Source: Eledone cirrhosa (lineage: Eukaryota). From it: 64,000 nt of DNA. The notes under the pieces were generated by a model, which did not search any database, was not told where the DNA came from, and saw only the letters and a list, made by a program, of their open reading frames with translations. Shown piece after piece: positions 58,160-64,000 of this stretch (position 1 is its first letter; every line of letters starts with the position of its first letter). The stretch covers positions 124,496,001 to 124,560,000 of the forward strand of contig OZ024745.1 of NCBI GenBank assembly GCA_964016885.1, given 5' to 3'. Both the position numbers and the translations under genes were made by a program.

Positions 58160-58260
58160 TATATAGCCAAATAGCAAAGATTATGTCCGTATATTTTTGA
58201 CCAGAGCACAGGAAAAGAAAGTGGAGTTAGTCAGATGTTAACAGCGTATAAAAGGGTTGA
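58075..58260. repeat. Fold-back with (TA)n as spacer; right arm related to 56847-56950
   Basis: GGTCAAAAATAT..TTTGCT..TTGGC / GCCAA..AGCAAAG..ATATTTTTGACC. Confidence 0.7.
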
Positions 58261-58767
58261 CTTCTGTAACCCACGATGTTGCCTTTAATTTGATATTATG
58301 TACATAACATTGCCCTATTAACAATAGATCATACACATATACTTATGTATATATGCACACACATTAACACACATATATATCCACAGATATATACCTACAT
58401 TCACACACACATATTGGAATGTTCATGCTCCCAGCAAAATCACGCATCAGTTGAGTTTCACTTCATCATTATTCTTAGACAGATAACTAATCAATTCCTT
58501 GGGTAGTTTTTAAAAAAAATGATTGATCATGTAATTGTCATATTCAATTGTCAAAACTCTTTAGTTACACATGCCGTGACATTCCTGGTAAATATTATTG
58601 CTCTTCTGCGGTTATTTCATTTATATCTTATTATATTTACTCCAACAAAGATGCGACGGAGGAGTAGGGATAATGATTTAGAATGTGACAATTAAATGTG
58701 TTTATGGTCCCGTAACTCCTGATAGAATCATCATATTAGGTTAACGCTTGATATAGCAGGAAGATGG

Positions 58768-58803
58768 TCTTAACGTTTCGGACGCTAGTCCTTCATCAGA
58801 AGA
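58768..58803 (-). ncRNA. Type I minimal hammerhead ribozyme motif
   Basis: TCTT-CTGATGA-A-GGAC(TAGC)GTCC-GAAA-CGTT-AAGA. Confidence 0.8.
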
Positions 58804-58904
58804 AAGAATGAGAAATAAGGTAGATTGAAGGGACAGGCGGGATGGAATTGGAAAGAATGTCTTTAGATAAAAAATAACAGGTCCATTCATGTTGACATCT
58901 CTTG

Positions 58905-59038
<134 letters not shown>

Positions 59039-59197
59039 ATAAGTGTGTGTTTTTACCTTGGATTTACATATAGTTCTTTCAATAAGTATTCTTTCCTCTC
59101 TCACTACATCTCCATTGTTAATTCATGTGATGATTGATAATATTAACTATATGTTTGTTTTAATTACCACGATCCGTACTTTAAGATATATCTATAA

Positions 59198-59235
<38 letters not shown>

Positions 59236-59236
<1 letters not shown>

Positions 59237-59571
59237 GAAAGATTGGTGAAAGTGGGGAGAATGGCCTGTGTGAATGGGCCTTCACTCTACATCAGACTGT
59301 AGGTGAGAAAGATGAAAGATCATGGGAGCAACCTATCTGTGCTTCTGAGGAGAAGGTTTGCACACATTTTTCGGGGGGGGGGGTGCGACCCCCCCCAAGG
59401 CGCCTCCTCCCTATTGAGGATTTTGTTTTTCAATTTATTTTTGTTATGTTTTATATTTTATATTTTTATATTTTGTTATTGCCTCCTCCTTATTGAGGAC
59501 GCCTTTTATGTAAACTCCTCCCATTGCACTTGTCCCACTCTTTGATGCCCTGGTGGCAAATAAAAAGAAAG

Positions 59572-59575
<4 letters not shown>
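59236..59575 (+). mobile_element. Tx1 LINE 3' end (last codons plus 3' UTR) between (TATC)n tracts
   Basis: Similar to 60423-60750. Confidence 0.9.
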
Positions 59576-59641
<66 letters not shown>

Positions 59642-59642
<1 letters not shown>

Positions 59643-60752
59643 CGGCACCTCTACGTATTCCTCACCGGACAACCGGTGTGGGCCTCGTTTGTGAGACGAA
59701 CCTTTCCCAGACTCGTCTCACTCACCGAGCTGCAATCCTGGGTCAAGCAAAGACCGAGAAAACTGGGCGCCTGGCACACTGAGTGTGCCCAGGCGCTCAC
59801 CGCCCTCTGGCAGGCGGATCCGGTTATCAGTGGAGACTCCACCGCAACATTCTATAGAGGGCTGGTACGCAGCAGGTGCGACGACGCCCTCGGAGAAGCC
59901 CTAGACATGGAGGAGGACGAACTGGCCAGCCTGTTCGGTAGGACATTCAGCCCGGGACCTATGGACAACTTCCAGAAGTCCCTGGCCTGGCAGTGCTACC
60001 GAGGGGCTTTACCCGTTCGAGAAAGGCTCTACAGACACGGGCGCCCGGGTAGGGACCCCGCCAAAAAGATCTGTCCCAGATGCGTGTGCGACGAGGAAAC
60101 CGTTGCACACGCATTAGTACACTGCTCGGGCGTAGCCGATCTGTGGGGCTATGTCGAACAACTGCTGTCAAGGGTGGGACCGATCCGGTTGACCACCGAG
60201 TCTATTGTAATGATCAAGCCGCCTCCCCCCTTCAAAGATGAAGCAGAGGCGGTGTTTCTGTGCGTAATAGCCATGGCGAAAGAGGTTGTATGGTGGACGC
60301 GTCTGAAAGGACTGAGGTCGGGCACCTTTCTCTCTGGCCAACAACTGGTCCGTTTCTTCCGATATCATTTTGGAAGAAGGATCAGGATGGAGAGAGAGGT
60401 GCTGCACCCCAGCCGTTTCTATGAAAGATGGGTGAAAGTGGCGAGAATGGCCCGTGTGAATGGGCCTTCACTCTACATCAGACTATAGGTGAGGAAGATG
60501 AAAGACCAAGGGAGCACCCCTTCTCTGTGCTCCTGAGGAGAAGGGTTGCACACTTTTTTCGGGGGTGTGTGCGACCCCCCAAGGCGCCTCCTCTCTATTG
60601 AGGATTTTGTTAAAAATTTTATTTTTTGTTATATCTTATTTTATTTTTATATTTTGTTATTGCCTCCTCCTTATTGAGGACGCCTTTTTGTGTAAACTCC
60701 CCCCTTTGTACTTGTCCCACTTTTGATGCCCTAGTGGCAAATAAAAGAAATA

Positions 60753-60780
<28 letters not shown>
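59642..60780 (+). mobile_element. 5'-truncated Tx1-clade LINE: open ORF2 C-terminus (59642-60488) with zf-RVT, 3' UTR and (TATC)n tail
   Basis: LAWQCYRGALPVRERL..CPRCVCDEETVAHALVHC..LW is the CCHC zinc-binding motif of L1/Tx1 ORF2; AATAAA precedes the tail. Confidence 0.9.
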
Positions 60781-60783
<3 letters not shown>

Positions 60784-60936
60784 ATGTATATATATATATA
60801 TATATTGCAAGAGAAGTCAACATGAATGGACCTGTTATTTTTATCTAAAGACATTTTTTCCAATTCCATCTCTGTGTTTATAGTTTGATACCATCAACAC
60901 TATAAACACAGAGCTGGCATATTTAAGAACTGACTA

Positions 60937-60992
60937 ACTGCCTGATGAGGTCATAGCCATTCAATGGCTATCATCGAAATATATATAGCAGT
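60937..60992 (+). ncRNA. Type I hammerhead ribozyme motif, preceded by a hairpin at 60869-60913
   Basis: ACTGC-CTGATGA-GGTCATAGCCAT(TCA)ATGGCTATCATC-GAAA-TATATATA-GCAGT. Confidence 0.85.
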
Positions 60993-61033
60993 AAATAAAG
61001 GGTTATGAATTCATGCAATTGACTTATGTTTCG

Positions 61034-61077
<44 letters not shown>

Positions 61078-61083
<6 letters not shown>

Positions 61084-61615
61084 TAGGAATAACCAAAGAG
61101 TGCTTAGAAATACATTGTTTTATTAGCTAACAGTGTTTCATCCATACACCATGGCAGGAATCATCAGACCCTATAAACATGAGTGTATCAGTAGTTGCAT
61201 GCTCGCTGCGTCACCAGAACAAGGTTAAAGGACCAGCAGGGGGGTCCCGAGGTCAGTGCTATATGGAAAAAGACAGAATACATGATGCACATAATGTCAT
61301 AAAATGTCTTAAAAATTTAAAATTTACACCAAAAATTTATCACATGAATGGTGCAATAGAGGATAAAGAGGTTGGGGGAGGGTAGCAAGGGATGAGTGAT
61401 ATACTCATGTTTATAGGGTCTGATGATTCCTGCCATGGTGTATGGATGAAACACTGTTAGCTAATAAAACAATGTATTTCTAAGCACTCTTTGGTTATTC
61501 CTATAACTATAACGGCTCTGTAGTATACTAGTTATTCTACATTGAGCTAAAACCACACAGTCATACCAAGGGCAATATATCTGCATGTCTGGGCATATTG
61601 ATATATTTGTCAACG

Positions 61616-61618
<3 letters not shown>
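61078..61618 (+). mobile_element. Fold-back insertion with HHR-like motifs (61410-61467 +, 61120-61178 -)
   Basis: Arms 61078-61190/61397-61510, ~205-bp spacer, ~108 nt tail; CTGATGA..GAAAC present but stem I weak. Confidence 0.8.
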
Positions 61619-61680
<62 letters not shown>

Positions 61681-61684
<4 letters not shown>

Positions 61685-61880
61685 AGGAAACGAAAAATCA
61701 GTGATGCATCTGGACTTAGTTTATTTCATGTTACAAATGTTTCGCCGGCATGTAGCTCGAGTCATAGTCCTTGTTTGGATCTGGATGATTCTACTTCTGC
61801 GGGTTCTTTCAGACACGGGTGTTACGTCCGGAGCAAATTTTATCACTAGCAGTGATAAAATTTGCTCCGGACGTAACTTT
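61681..61880 (-). mobile_element. Family C-like fragment plus perfect hairpin (61820-61877)
   Basis: AAAATCAGTGATGCA..GTTTCGCCGGC matches 6190-6246; GTTACGTCCGGAGCAAATTTTATCACT / AGTGATAAAATTTGCTCCGGACGTAAC. Confidence 0.65.
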
Positions 61881-63921
61881 TGGTTATATATATATGTGTG
61901 TGTGTATATATATATACTTCAATCAACATGTTAACTACTAATTTCCATTTTACAATCTTAAGTCGAATTGTAATTCCAAATGTGTACAAATAATATCTAG
62001 ACCTTAGAATTAAGTTCATAATATTTTGGCAGGACCTGGTAAATTCTCCTATCTGTGAATAAGCTATTTCGTTACCAATCCATGTGATTCCAGATAATAT
62101 TTACTATATATATATATATATATATATATAAATATTAAGTTGTTAAACAATATTCGATGATTATGTCAAAGAATGAGTTTTACAGTAGATTGGAAGCACT
62201 CAACGAATAATAATTTTCAGGAGTTATTAATATTAAAATATAAGTATTAATAAAATAGATGTTTTTTTTTATCAATTACATTTTATTATACATATTTCGG
62301 ATGTACAACAGTACGTCCTCATCATACAAAATATAATGATACATGACATACCCTGAGGTGTTAAATGGTTAAGATTTAATCAAGGTAGTAATTACCCGAT
62401 AGAAAATTTTACTTATATATAATATCAGTGTGAAAGTGAGAAAACGTAATGAATTCATTAGAGAATGTGTGAGTAAGAAAAAACGTTGCATACTGTAATT
62501 GTTCTGAAATTTTAAAGTGTATGATACTGCAATATATCTAGGAAAACGTCTCATGAATCATAACAGCCAGTGATAGCCACTGGAAAAAGATTTATAAGGA
62601 GGGAAAGATAAAGTGTGGGTTTTTTTTCGAAAGTTAAACGGTTAGATTTGAAAATATTTAATTTATAATATTAAGGTGAAGAATCCAGATTTCAGGATTA
62701 TTTGCTAATTATTTATATATTATTTATATAAATTCGATAAGTGTGTTATCATTTCTAAACTTCTGAATTGTGAGAATAACATTTTAAAGGGTTTAGCTGG
62801 CACATAAAGAATGAAATATTATACTGTTGATTAATTACCTAAATCTAAACTTTAACAAATATCCCAACATATTAGGTATGTAAAGCTTTTGAACTACTTA
62901 TTGTTATAAATATTTGAATAACTATTATGTATATAAGTATATATTAATGAGCCAGTGTGTTTAAGGTAAATAATAGCGACGAAGATAAAAATAAAATAAA
63001 ATAATATGTTACGGATAAATATATACATATGTATAACTAGGTGTAAATGTACTAATTATTCTTCAACCAAGATATCAACATATTATTAGATATAGGGATG
63101 TATATATATAGATATATATTAGGTATTATTAGTGTAGTATACTTTAGGTAAATGATAACAGTTATACTCTTAGTTACATTTAAATATATATATATACATA
63201 TAAGAAAAACAAACAATGAGTGCATGTATAATATAAAGTTCAAAATAATATCTATAATAATTTTTAGTTTGGATATTTTCTCTATATTTGAATCATGTAT
63301 ATAGAAGTATGGTAGGTATATTTTAAAATATTTAAAAATATATAAAATACAATATATAACTACATATATATTATAATACATTATATTATAAATAAATAAA
63401 TAAGAGATCGAAAGTACAGCGAAGAATTAACTTTTATATATAAGTTTGAATCCGTCTCAAATTTAGATATTATAGTGCAGTAAGTTTATTTAAAAGAAAT
63501 ATATGCTATATTATACTATAAATAATAGATCAAAAAGTCATTAATAATTTGGAGTTATAGATAAGTTTCGTAAACATTTTTGGATTGGGTATTAAACTAA
63601 AATTTAAAAGAGATCACAAATGTATTAAAAATTCACAGTTAAATAAATTCAATAGATATATAAGGATTAGGTATTGTACTAAATTATAAATAAATGATGG
63701 TGTTGATGAAAGTTAACAAATAAAGTTGTGTGTATCAATGTTTAGGCATGCAAATTGAAATATTGTCATTCATTCTAACGTTGTTTTTTTCTATAGATAG
63801 TTATAAAATAAGGCAATATTAAAGGCCATTGATGTTTTTTATAGTTGATTATATATTCATGGTAACCGAGTTGTTATTGGTTCTTTCTTTATATATGTAT
63901 GTATGTATATATGTATATATG

Positions 63922-64000
<79 letters not shown>

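Overview
AT-rich, repeat-saturated eukaryotic DNA that is intronic or intergenic. The SINE/LINE inventory fits an octopod cephalopod (inference). No host protein-coding gene is recognisable, and almost all ORFs in the track are microsatellite artefacts. Contents: about 24 copies of a Meta-domain-like tRNA SINE, 5 CORE-like tRNA SINEs, 3' fragments of Tx1, RTE, CR1, CRE and R4/Dong-like LINEs, a pogo/Tc2-type MITE, and one 2.1-kb 5'-truncated Penelope-like element (PLE; RT plus C-terminal GIY-YIG). The PLE's only frame lesion is an in-frame TGA exactly at a zinc-finger Cys. The most striking structure is a set of about 18 short fold-back insertions, mostly inside (TA)n tracts, from at least 8 unrelated sequence families. 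Most share one architecture: a long arm with a 40-110 nt extra tail plus a shorter inverted arm ending at a family-fixed point. Many carry minimal type I hammerhead ribozyme (HHR) motifs: 11 canonical-core copies plus core variants and 3'-half-only copies. The 2.1-kb PLE has the same architecture, suggesting a TA-microsatellite-targeted PLE/ribozyme hairpin system. A candidate 21-nt minus-strand microexon hints at a surrounding host gene. All alignments and folds were done by eye.
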